Shown here in pieces: positions 35,341 through 46,382 of a stretch of 46,382 nt of DNA. Positions within the stretch are counted from its first letter, which is position 1. The number at the start of each line of letters is the position of its first letter. Under the pieces are notes generated by a model. The model was not told where the DNA came from. It saw only the letters and a program-made list of their open reading frames with translations, and ran no database searches. Made by a program: the position numbers and the translations under genes. This DNA comes from Octopus bimaculoides. Lineage: Eukaryota. Where the stretch lies: contig NC_068982.1 of assembly GCF_001194135.2 (NCBI RefSeq), forward strand, positions 90,615,158 to 90,661,539. The letters are read 5' to 3'.

Positions 35341-37541
35341 CAAATTATATGCCTACTTTAGAAAATATTATAATTAAGGTGGATATGGCTGATCTGGTGA
35401 GAGAAGAGCCTAAATACCTCAAAGTTTTGTGTTCAGTGTTCAAATTTCAACTACGTCACTCTTACCTTTCACCAAAAATAAAATATGTGCCAGTTAAATA
35501 ATGAGGTGCACGGTCACCAGCTTCTCACCAAAATATGAAATTGTAGCGTCTTACCGATACAAACCGTCAGTAATGTTTTGATTATTGCAGCATCGAAATC
35601 AGAAATAGCTTCAACAGCATTTTAGATATAGGCCAAGGTCTACCAGGTAATAACATTTTGGTTATGTGTCTAAGATAGTTAGTCCGGCCTTCTACAGATT
35701 TTGTCATTAAATCCTTTGTGATTATTCTACTTAAATGTATTATTCTACAAATCGAATTCAAACGCTACCTTGGAGGAATTTTACAGCTATATATATCTCT
35801 GGGTCATTAACATATTTATTAACCATTAACTAAATTCGGTTATTCATCTTAAAAACGCATCGTTTTTTATCTCTCTAAACTACCAGATTCTCTGTTCTTC
35901 TTAACTTGCCAGTTGTACATATATTCTACAGAGACTCAAAGGATGCACACTGCACTCTTTCTTTTGTGTTCCCACTTTTTATTCATTACCCACCCCTTTT
36001 TTCGTGAAACCGCAACACTTCTCTTTTCTTCACACCCCATTTTACTTGCATTCGAAGATCTATAATTGTTTCAGCTGAACATCAAACGCAGCCGACACGG
36101 CGAATACTGTCCCCCCGCCCAATTCTAATTGAAGTAAACCAGTAGCATTTGACCATTGTGATAAATCAATATTATTTTGCCGTCAAATAATCGAGTTACG
36201 CCTGTTTATTTAAACAGGTGTTTAAATACATAAATCGTCTCGTTTCTTTCACATAACTTTGTATCTCAGTTATTCTTCTAATTGCGACCAACTATAAACA
36301 ACTTCACAGCAATTCAATCGTCTTAAAGTCCATTTGTAGGCATTATTAAGATGATACATGACAAACGGATTTTACATTGCAATCTTAAAAAGTTAGATTC
36401 GGTAGATAACAAATGATAGAGAAACGCACTACATAAAATAGTGACTGGAATAAATAAATTTTGACTCAGTTGTCCGAATTTTAAGAATGTGCTGAACGTT
36501 CTTTTCTAACGCTAATTGAGATTCTTCAGTGGAACATGTATTTTATTAAGTAAGAATCTATGACAACTTTGTTTTCCGGGATGGCATTTTCCTACATTAG
36601 TTGGGTCGTACGCTAATTATCTCTCAGGTCGGAAGTTTCTTCTTAGACAGATACAACACAAAGAGCGCTGGTAAGATTCTGTGTGACGCATAATATCAGG
36701 TCATTTGTACCCCAAGTTTCACTTATGTTCTCAAATCATTCTTTCTGAGCATGAACGTTCCACCTGTAAGAATGTGTAACATAAATACTCTGGTGTAAGT
36801 AATTCTTACTCCTGCTTAACCACAAACGCTCAATCTAACTGCCTCGTGCCAAAGTTCAACCGAAAAGCCACCATTGATTGGGAGGGAAATGATAGGCTTG
36901 TCTCTTCCAACAAAGAATTGTAAAACACATCAATACACAAGAGTTGTCAAGGAAACAGTATTGTACCACAGTATTACACACGAACAAACCGTGAAAGTTA
37001 TTGAAATAGTAGGCAATACAACCACTAATGCCCTATTCTGACATATTTAACACTGACAAAACTTCTTTAGAATCGGAATTATCTTTAGCACTTTTCAGAT
37101 GCTATCACTCAATAATAGTATTTTTATGTCGCTAACTGTATTGCTGCTTCATATCCCAGAACGTATTCTTAACAAGGCAGTTTGACTGGCAGACACTCAC
37201 TCAGTAAATAATATGCTACAAACAGATACGTTATAAACTTCGCACTAAACACATTGCTTAATATTTCTTACCCAATGTTGCAAGTTCCTTGGTTTCGCTC
37301 TTGCCTACATAATTCCATTTGGCTGTCATTCCCCACTTCAAATGTTTAAACTAAATATTAACGATAACGATCCCGTGAGCCTATGAATAAAAGCTTTCGC
37401 TAATTTATTCTTAAGAGTAAGTGCTCGTGCTTAAAAATGTGACGCTGCAAGCAAAGATACTACCTGCTTGAGATATGGCATGATTAACCCAATGAGATTT
37501 TTCTCATTAGTACTTTTTGAAATATTTCAATAGTGATAGTT

Positions 37542-37583
37542 TTCTTTAAGCGACTTCGAAAATTCTTTAAGCGACTTCGAAAA
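37542..37583. repeat. Perfect 21-bp tandem duplication
   Basis: ttctttaagcgacttcgaaaa x2. Confidence 0.95.
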
Positions 37584-38307
37584 GACGATTGTTTTTGATG
37601 TTTTTCTTACTTGGTTCTAATGTAACCCTGATCAAGCAAGCATATTATAAATGACATCCCAGATATGACCGTTTGAATTTCTAATATTACATTATCCTAT
37701 GCGACGTTCTGTTTTTTATGATGGTAGGATTAGATATGACGAAGATTTAGCTGTTATTTCTACAAGGCTGATTGCCACTGTAGAGACCCCTTTACTGACT
37801 TCTAATGGCTTATTTATTTTGCCCTCAAAAATCCATTATTAATTTACATGTGTCGTAATTTTTTATTCTTCAACACACCGTCTCTTGGAATTTTGCTCTG
37901 AGTATTTTGGTAACTACTGCTTTTAAACGATGGGCGGTGATATAATTTGGGCTAAAACTGTTTAAATTAAAAATGTAATTACTAAAAATCCAGAAATGGA
38001 TATGCACTTTCCTAAACTACGAGATCCTAAGGAGAAAATATTAGCAAAATTATACTATTTAAAATCTGTACACTGCATATACTTCCAGTTTAGAAGTTTC
38101 AACAAGGTATGGCCTTCAGTGGAGCTCTACATATTATATAAGATTATCAAAATATTTCTTATTGATTATTTAATGAACTACAACCAGACTACGGTGTCAC
38201 CTGCCCATTCAAAAATTAAAGGTCAAACTGCAGCTCCCAATATCTTGGTTTTTGTGAAACTAGCTAATGGCTTAGTCGGAATCATTATGTGATACCAATA
38301 ATAATCA

Positions 38308-38977
38308 TCAGAGATTGCTGAATGAGGCATACAGGATCTATTTGTTTGAAGATCTTATCATATTGACACAGTTTCAATACTGGATCAAGTTTACTTGAAA
38401 TCAAAGTTTGTTTCTCGATTTTCTTTTTTCTTTTTCAAATTTGTTGCGCACTATGATTAATTAGTGAAACAGTTGGCGGAAAACCTACGTGCCTAAGTTT
38501 TATAAGGTGTTGGGTCATAACATTAAATGGAGTTTACTGCTTGGAAATTGTTAAATTGTGTGCTGTCCTGGTCAAATAATTTGGACTAGATAATTTCCAG
38601 ATTTCATTTGCAAATATTAGAAATTGGTCACGTTTTTTGTACAGCAGATTTTGTATATTTGCATGGAAAATCAACCAATGTGTATACCTTTGAGTCGATG
38701 GAAATCAGAACATATCCCCACGCAGTATCTATCTAGACGTTTCAATAAATTGAAATATAGCTTGAATTAGTGGTGTAAATTCTAACAATCAACCTGTTAT
38801 CTGAACCACTTGTTGGAATTAAATAGATAAGCTTTTGGTATCTTATGGAACATAAATTTGGGTTACCAAAGACCACTTTTAGTGTTTGGTTTGGATCTGA
38901 ATCAACTATGAAATACCGTCGATGTAATCGATCCTTTAAACAATTAGCCCATATATTCATCATTTAGCAATCTCTGA
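38308..38977. mobile_element. Candidate MITE with ~48-bp imperfect terminal inverted repeats
   Basis: Left tcagagattgctgaatgaggcataca versus right (reverse complement) tcagagattgctaaatgatgaatata, 22/26 identical, with similarity continuing ~20 bp; no clear TSD. Confidence 0.5.
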
Positions 38978-40188
38978 AAATTATTCATATTAATAGAGGA
39001 GTATTTTCACAAAAGTTACACTAGTCTGAAGAATATTCTGCTTGAAGTTTATATTATCCTCGTTTTTCAGCGATTCACCAATAACTGTCATGTCATTCTA
39101 ATTTTGTATTGTTATTGTTATTTGAAATCTATCAAATATAGATATTTCCTATAAAATCCGTCCCCTTTACAGTTAGAAATAATCCTGATGTGATCAAAAT
39201 GAAAACAACCGAGAGAGAGAGAGACTATACGTTTTTGAGCACATTATTCAGTGTTTCGAGTTCAAAGTGTAAAATTGTTGACTTAGTCTTTCTCTCTTTC
39301 TGGTTAAAAATACACTTTTTAAAATGGTTTCTCTTTAATCATTATATTTGTTCGCGACTCAATATTTCTCATGGAACATAACTTTTTTTTATTGTGAAAT
39401 GCTGTTCACCACCACGTACATTTCTTTGTTTGTTTTCTACGTTGTATGGTTGGGTTTATTTGTTCCCTTTTAAAAAGCTTTGAGTAAATGCACTCTTTGT
39501 GATTTCTGCTGCTGATGTATACAGTAGTTGATTCATCGAAGTAATACTGGTATTCGAGAATGTGGCCAGTAAGTCTCTGATAGGCAAGTTTGTGGGGTGT
39601 TATACTAGTGTTGCTATTTTGTTGTTTATTTAGAGGAAGGGGATAAAAAAATCTATCTACTATGATACTTTCACTTTTCCCATCAGTTATCTTGCTTTAG
39701 ATTTTTTTGCTCTTAAGCTTCTATTTCATTCACTGGTGACTGTAGTTTAGGTTTATACACGCTAATACTTCGTAGATATGAGATTTAATTTCAAATATAC
39801 ACTATTTCTGTTAAGTATTATAAATCCATTCCGAATGACTTGATTTTATGTGTCGTAAAATTATCCACTTTGTTTGGATCGTAACTCGATTCCAAATTAA
39901 CGTTGCTTATCATATTCTAGAAGCTTTGGTTCGTGGGCAGAGTACATATATTTCCATGAAACATGGAAACGTTTTCTATCCATTTCTGTCACTTTTGTCA
40001 TATAATGCTTATTCCTTCTTAGTAATGTAAATTTTTTTTTTATGCTATATATTTTGTGCTGTTTATGCATCAAATTCGTAATACATGTTATTCTTTTATC
40101 CTTGAACTTAATTATACAGATTTCGGTTCTGCACTTGCCATCAATTAGACCCGAATTTTCTTTTTTCGTTTCTCTTTTTATTTTTCAG

Positions 40189-40280
40189 ATTTGATAGCGT
40201 TTACATGAAGTGGCCAGTCAACAATGAGGGCAAATATTAGCAATGCATGACATTATATTTGTATTGATTTTTTGCATAAT
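40189..40280 (+). other. Candidate host exon containing a start codon and a signal-peptide-like segment
   Basis: Long polypyrimidine tract plus CAG (ends 40188); donor GTAAGT at 40281; ATG at 40243 gives MHDIIFVLIFCI then a phase-2 junction. Confidence 0.4.
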
Positions 40281-40514
40281 GTAAGTATTCGTTTTTAGTT
40301 AATTTTATGCAAGACTTCATTTATGGGAGTGAAGTAGCAATATGATTTTATGAAGTCTACTTTTTTGTATTATTATTATTATCAAAGTTATTATTATTGC
40401 TTCTATTTGAGCTTCGATTCTGCAATTTTAGATTTTAATGGTAGTTTATGTGGACCAAATTTGTAAATTAATGAGAGGACCATTGAAATCTAAAGTGTTT
40501 ATTTATTATTTCTA

Positions 40515-40640
40515 TATTGATCCCAACAATTTCCAATCTATTTTATCGACAGTGAAACTGTTAAAGATGACCTCGGCAGGATTTGAGATCAGAAGGTAAA
40601 GAATTAAAACAAATGCCGCAAGGCATTTTGTTAAGTTTTC
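40515..40640 (-). mobile_element. SINE family 1, degenerate
   Basis: aaagatgacctcggcaggatttgagatcagaaggtaaag..aaatgccgcaaggcatttt. Confidence 0.6.
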
Positions 40641-40829
40641 GATCAGCAGACGTCTTTGACACGGATTTCGAGATCTGGATTCAGCAAGTAATTAACGAAA
40701 ATACACTTTCATTCTGTAAGTCCCACTATGCGATACTTCTACTATAGTAGAAGTGTTGTCGACTATAGTTACGGTTTGACCAAGGATTTTTATCGATGCC
40801 ACGAGAACGTCGCCACTTTTGCCTTCGAT

Positions 40830-41035
40830 CAGTCCTCTATAGAATGCGAACATGCAATGTCCGCCGACAGTATTACTACACCGATAGTGGGGTTCAGGAC
40901 CGCAGTTTTATTGACTTGACAAACTGGTGTCCTCACATGTTTACGCATCGTTAGCGACGGAATGCCTAGACCACCAGGTAGCGGATGTGGACGGCATATG
41001 GACCGTCTGAATAATGGAACACGTTCCTTCCACAA
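40830..41035 (-). mobile_element. Possible non-LTR retrotransposon fragment
   Basis: ORF contains PLPGGLGIPSL, like the GGLG(I/L)P motif after RT in several LINE clades; a single motif only. Confidence 0.3.
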
Positions 41036-41169
41036 AATGCTAAAACCAGACGTTCCAGTTTGATCAGGGATGGAAATGGGTTAGTTTATAGAATTTGGCA
41101 TGAAATGAACTCCTTTACTATTTCTGCAACTGTGGCCGAATGTTGCTCTAAAAACTGAGTAATTGCTTT

Positions 41170-42490
41170 ACGACACCCTTCATTCCCTTCCGCTTCTCCA
41201 GTTTTTCAAGAGAAATTTCTCTTATGGAGCTCTTTTTACCATAAGTATAACAACTAGGCCATTTGCTTGGCACCATCTGCCTCTTTCCCTTTATTTCAAA
41301 AAGGCTATGATAAAACAATCAACAACGTTTTATATAAGAATGACTTCAAGTTTTATACTACAGATGAATACAACTTGAAATACTGTTGCAGATAGTATGT
41401 GGATTTACTCGAAAAGTTGCAATGAAATTTGGATTCGAAAAATGCTCCCTAGCAACCTTGAGAAGAATGATGTATTAAGCATACATATCCAGCTATGTAA
41501 AGATATGTAAAATAATTACAACAAACACGAACATAAAAATCAATGACAAAGCGCAACAACTCTCAAAAACAAGATAAGAATATATATATTTTAGCTAATA
41601 CTTGAAACAAAGCAAAATACAAATAAAGTAATAAACACCAATACACTAGCCATCTCAGTGGCACGTTATTGGTATAATATTCTCAGCTGGACGTTAAATG
41701 ACTAGACAGGAAAAATAAGAAAATAACTGCTTTTAGAATACATCACACAACATTTCACAATTTATTTACTATGGATACAGTAACTACAAAGCTATTATGA
41801 AATGTCTGGTAAACAACAAAACAAGATTGGTGCAAAACATGACTAAAGCAAAAACAGTGTTTTCTGTCTTCATGAAGCCAACAAATGCAAAACAGAGACT
41901 GGAATGAAAGACAGTTGAGCACAGAAATATTAACAGAAATTGTGAAGAAAACAAAAGCTAAAGATGAGCAGAAAATAAGACTAGAAATGTATTGATGAAG
42001 GTTAAACAGAGAGGGGTAAAACCGAAATATGAGACTGAAAGATTTTTGATTGCAGCACACAATAAAAGTATTTGCACCAGAAACTACTTGAAGTATGTAA
42101 TAGGGTAGAATATATCGAGTAACTGCTGAATATGAGGAGGCCGGTAAGGAATGATTAGCAACATTGCCTGTCTTCCCTGTCGTAGCCTTGAAAGAATACA
42201 TCTAAGGTTGTAGCATGGTCGAGGTTGCTATACATTACGCGTTAAACGCAGCATTATGAAAGCCCAACACTAAACATAGTATAAACTTATATTATAAAAG
42301 GATTCCGATAATGATGAAGCGACTATACGTTTGGATACGTCAATCAATGCACACATGGATATCAAGAGTAATCGACCGGATATTGTTGTCAAGTACGAAA
42401 AATAATGTTATTGCCTCCTATCTGAAGTAATAATTCCAACTGACGATAATATCTGTCTCAAGAATCGAGAAATTCGACCAAATATACTGT
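41170..42490 (+). mobile_element. Degenerate R4/Dong-like LINE, RT through RLE
   Basis: IQLEILLQIVCGFTRKVAMKFGFEKC (RT), ETERFLIAAHNKSICTRNYLKY, IKSNRPDIVVK..VIIPTDDNI; AT-rich interruption at ~41500-41760. Confidence 0.75.
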
Positions 42491-43926
42491 AATGAATTAA
42501 GTGTGTTATGAGGACACATTCGAGCGACAGTTGTTTTGTATTAACAAGATACAATACCGATTAGTATATTCACGTTAGAATCTCCTGGAACGCATTAAGA
42601 CTGAGGTTGATGCTTTAAATCTCGATTACACATGACATTTTAAAATCCAAATATAAAATATCATGAAATAAAAAAATAACTTGAATGTGCATAAGGGAAA
42701 TATATACGATCCGTCTTATAAAAGTTGTTTTGCAAATGATTTATTATCACGTCAACAAATCCATAACAAAAGTTAGTTGAAACTGAAAATGAACAAAGTA
42801 CAGAAATAACACAAGCAGACATTAAACGTATATTATTTAAAGTATTTTAAATACAAGAAAATATCGCAACGTGTTACACATAGCCAGGACCCTAAGTACT
42901 GCGTACGAAAAGAGTTCAAAGGACAATGAACATATGACTACTGAATAAGGATAAGCGTTTCAAATTTTGGCACAAGTTACTTAATTTTATGGAACCTGAA
43001 AGCTTGAACAGTAGGATCTGAACTAAGAAAATATAGAACCGGAATATCGCAAGGCATTTCNNNNNNNNNNNNNNNNNNNNNNNNNNNNNNNNNNNNNNNN
43101 NNNNNNNNNNNNNNNNNNNNNNNNNNNNNNNNNNNNNNNNNNNNNNNNNNNNNNNNNNNNNNNNNNNNNNNNNNNNNNNNNNNNNNNNNNNNNNNNNNNN
43201 NNNNNNNNNNNNNNNNNNNNNNNNNNNNNNNNNNNNNNNNNNNNNNNNNNNNNNNNNNNNNNNNNNNNNNNNNNNNNNNNNNNNNNNNNNNNNNNNNNNN
43301 NNNNNNNNNNNNNNNNNNNNNNNNNNNNNNNNNNNNNNNNNNNNNNNNNNNNNNNNNNNNNNNNNNNNNNNNNNNNNNNNNNNNNNNNNNNNNNNNNNNN
43401 NNNNNNNNNNNNNNNNNNNNNNNNNNNNNNNNNNNNNNNNNNNNNNNNNNNNNNNNNNNNNNNNNNNNNNNNNNNNNNNNNNNNNNNNNNNNNNNNNNNN
43501 NNNNNNNNNNNNNNNNNNNNNNNNNNNNNNNNNNNNNNNNNNNNNNNNNNNNNNNNNNNNNNNNNNNNNNNNNNNNNNNNNNNNNNNNNNNNNNNNNNNN
43601 NNNNNNNNNNNNNNNNNNNNNNNNNNNNNNNNNNNNNNNNNNNNNNNNNNNNNNNNNNNNNNNNNNNNNNNNNNNNNNNNNNNNNNNNNNNNNNNNNNNN
43701 NNNNNNNNNNNNNNNNNNNNNNNNNNNNNNNNNNNNNNNNNNNNNNNNNNNNNNNNNNNNNNNNNNNNNNNNNNNNNNNNNNNNNNNNNNNNNNNNNNNN
43801 NNNNNNNNNNNNNNNNNNNNNNNNNNNNNNNNNNNNNNNNNNNNNNNNNNNNNNNNNNNNNNNNNNNNNNNNNNNNNNNNNNNNNNNNNNNNNNNNNNNN
43901 NNNNNNNNNNNNNNNNNNNNNNNNNN

Positions 43927-44045
43927 GAAGTAGTGGTGGTGGTGGTGGTGGTGTGGTAGAAGTAGTAGAGGTGGTGGTGGTGGTGGTGGTGGTGGTGGCA
44001 ATGGTTGTGACAGTAATAGTAGTTGTGTTGGAGGTAGTAGTCGAG
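43927..44045. repeat. (GGT)n/(AGT)n microsatellite after a gap
   Basis: Read directly from the sequence. Confidence 0.9.
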
Positions 44046-44675
44046 GTAGAAGATCTTGCAACAATTTGGAATAAGCTTTAAATAAAAATGTCAAAACTAC
44101 GCATACAAAAAAAATCAAATCATTACTAAATAAATGAAGGAAAACGCATAAGAGCAGAGTGAAGCAACACGTATTGATAAAGAAAGCCGTACATTCTCTG
44201 GAGAAATTCTCTAGAAAGTTCTTCCCTTAGTAATCAACTCTCTGGGGGCGGGGTGGAGAGTAGAAAATGGAGGAACTCTTATAAAATTAAAATTTATTCG
44301 TTTTGATTTTGTTTTATTACAAATGTTTTCAACATCATCTTCTCTATAATCATCATTATCAGCAGCAGCAACAATATAATCTGCTGTTTCATCGTCATCA
44401 TCGTCAATATAATCCCTCCACCATCACAAACATCATCATTGTTGCTATTGCCGTCATGTGCTTAAATGGACACCTTAACGACAGCCTTTTCAAATGGAAT
44501 CTTACTGCTATGCCACGACAATGACAGTTGACAGTTGCTTTATAGAACGACTTGTTTAACTTGCGAGTAGATGCCAAGTTAACATCTTCATCATCATCAT
44601 ATATGATATTAAAATATTTTTGTTTATGGCACAGAGAAAAGAACTGTTCCATTACATCGTCCGCAGTGTTCAACT

Positions 44676-44811
44676 ACTACTTATCTTATTGACCTTCAAA
44701 GGATGAAAAGCAAGGTCCAACTCGACAGAATTTGAATTCAAAATGTAAAGCCGAACGAAATGTTGTTAAGCATTTTGTTCGGCACGCTAACGATTTTGCC
44801 AACCCGCCGTC

Positions 44812-44813
<2 letters not shown>
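44676..44813 (-). mobile_element. SINE family 1, 5' two-thirds
   Basis: aaaggatgaaaagcaagg..gaatttgaattcaaaatg..cacgctaacgattttgccaacccgccgtctta. Confidence 0.8.
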
Positions 44814-44860
<47 letters not shown>

Positions 44861-44865
44861 TAATC

Positions 44866-44978
44866 CTACGCATCTACGCAAAACACTTTCAATACAGTAA
44901 CCATAAGAGCATCACAGCAAACCACAGCACATACCCAAGGCAGTAGTGAAGTGAAAGCACGTTATAAAAATAAAACTA

Positions 44979-44985
<7 letters not shown>
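44866..44985 (+). mobile_element. Extremely 5'-truncated subfamily-A LINE (last codons and 3' UTR) inside (AAT)n
   Basis: catctacgcaaaacactttcaatacagtaa (LRKTLSIQ*) then ccataagagcatcacagcaa..gtgaagtgaaagcacg.tataaaaataaaa, matching the reverse complement of 7135-7260. Confidence 0.9.
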
Positions 44986-45045
<60 letters not shown>

Positions 45046-45545
45046 TGAAATATAGCATCTACAAAACATTTGATACTCAGAAATACAGAATCTGTGAAAA
45101 GAATGTGGAAAATGTAACCCACGTGTTAAGGGGATGAGAGAGCCTTGCACAAAAATTCGAGTGCCGCCATGATAAATCCTGGTTGTACCTTCAGTGGTTT
45201 TTATGTTGTAAATACCAATATCCATAAAATAATGCAGGAAGATGGGAAAGCAATGATACTCTAGGATTATGAATTTGAACTAATAGTGTAATTGAGCATC
45301 GCCGAAAGGTCACAGTGGTATTGAACCAGTAAGACAAATGCTGTCAGATCATTGACGTATGGCAAGACTGTTTGTAATGCAAGAGGGTAATGTTAAAGTG
45401 ACACCAGTTGTGATCGGGGCAATATTGTTAATCCCATTGAAACTTCAAGACGTCTCAAAGCGGTTGGAAATACTGTACAGTATTGGTGTCATACAAAAAT
45501 CAACCTTGCCAGCTACTGCGCACATTTTAACAAGTGACAGATGAC
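45046..45545 (+). mobile_element. 5'-truncated degenerate R4/Dong-like LINE (subfamily E)
   Basis: YRICEKNVENVTHVL..LAQKFECRHD, IEHRRKVTVV, VKVTPVVIGA..IQKSTLPATAHIL; starts right after (AAT)n at 44982-45043. Confidence 0.75.
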
Positions 45546-46106
45546 ATTTTCTATCTATATTGCATGACGTGGATGGTGGTGGTGGTAGTGTTATTAAAAA
45601 ATATATACCAAAATTCCGTGGGATAAATTTGAAAACAAATGGTATGAGGGTTTATATTTACGGAACTGAAGGTGGTCAGAACAACATACATGCGAAAATA
45701 TTTATTTCTAATTTATATACAAGGTTAAACTTTGAGGGTACGTAGTGCGATGCTTCTGCAAAATCACAAATCTCAGTGATATGGCGCGTGGAAGTTCGCC
45801 CACACCTCTCATGCTCCGCGGAATAGATAACACAGATTTGATAAGCCAGCCATAAAGGGATCAAAATGGCTGCCATAACCATGAGCAACAATTTTCTTAC
45901 CACCTATATTATTGTACGGCATCGGTCGATACGCAGCACAACAAGGATTGTGATATCAAGCAAATTACCAGAGTGGGATTCAAAAGTATGTACGAGAACT
46001 GGAAAATAAATTGACATTTTCCCTATAGAGAATAATTTAGACTCGACCCTACAGAATATAAAATAAGAAGCAGACAATAAATAATAATCATAGTAATAAT
46101 AATAAT

Positions 46107-46318
46107 CCGTTCTACAATATGTACATGGCCTTAATTCTGCGGGGAAAAGGGTTAGATGATTACATCAACTCCAGTGTTCAACTGGTACTTATTTCATCGG
46201 CCAGGGATAGATGAATGGCAAAGTCGACCTAGGCGGAATTTGAACTCAGAACGTAGCGACGGGCGATATGCCGCTAACCATATCGTCCAGCGTGCTAACG
46301 ATTCTAATAGTTCGCCGC
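46107..46318 (-). mobile_element. SINE family 1, full length
   Basis: caactggtacttattt..ggcaaagtcgacctaggcggaatttgaactcagaacg..cgtgctaacgattct; adjoins (AAT)n. Confidence 0.9.

Positions 46319-46382
<64 letters not shown>
46319..46382. repeat. (AAT)n microsatellite
   Basis: Read directly from the sequence. Confidence 0.95.

Noticed and set aside
38742-38963. 73-aa protein-like ORF
   Set aside because: It overlaps the TIR of the candidate MITE and has no recognisable homology.
44866-44985. Dong-like LINEs as the partner of SINE-1 or SINE-2
   Set aside because: The LINE 3' UTRs seen here share no sequence with either SINE tail.

Overview
AT-rich eukaryotic DNA with 13 N-gaps, dense microsatellites and many decayed transposable elements. 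The SINE families and simple-repeat load match my recollection of Octopus genomes; this is an inference, and no search was run. I recognise no host protein-coding gene, rRNA, true tRNA gene or CRISPR array. Most ORFs in the track are artefacts of gaps or microsatellites, or are TE remnants. Supported content: (1) about 10 fragments from several subfamilies of R4/Dong-like non-LTR retrotransposons with a restriction-like endonuclease (RLE), most abutting (TAA)n tracts and three times stacked head-to-tail; (2) Penelope-like (GIY-YIG) relics with hammerhead-like motifs nearby; (3) relics of four Tc1/mariner lineages (DD37D/maT, Tc1, internally deleted mariner, DD41D-like); (4) three tRNA-derived SINE families, two of which share a stem-loop; (5) a candidate MITE and a perfect 22-bp palindrome. 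Weak host-gene candidates are a signal-peptide-like exon (40189-40280), a 93-aa ORF (30479-30760) and a 68-aa ORF with insulin B-chain cysteine spacing (45676-45882). Boundaries of degenerate elements are approximate (tens of bp). All translations and alignments were done by eye.
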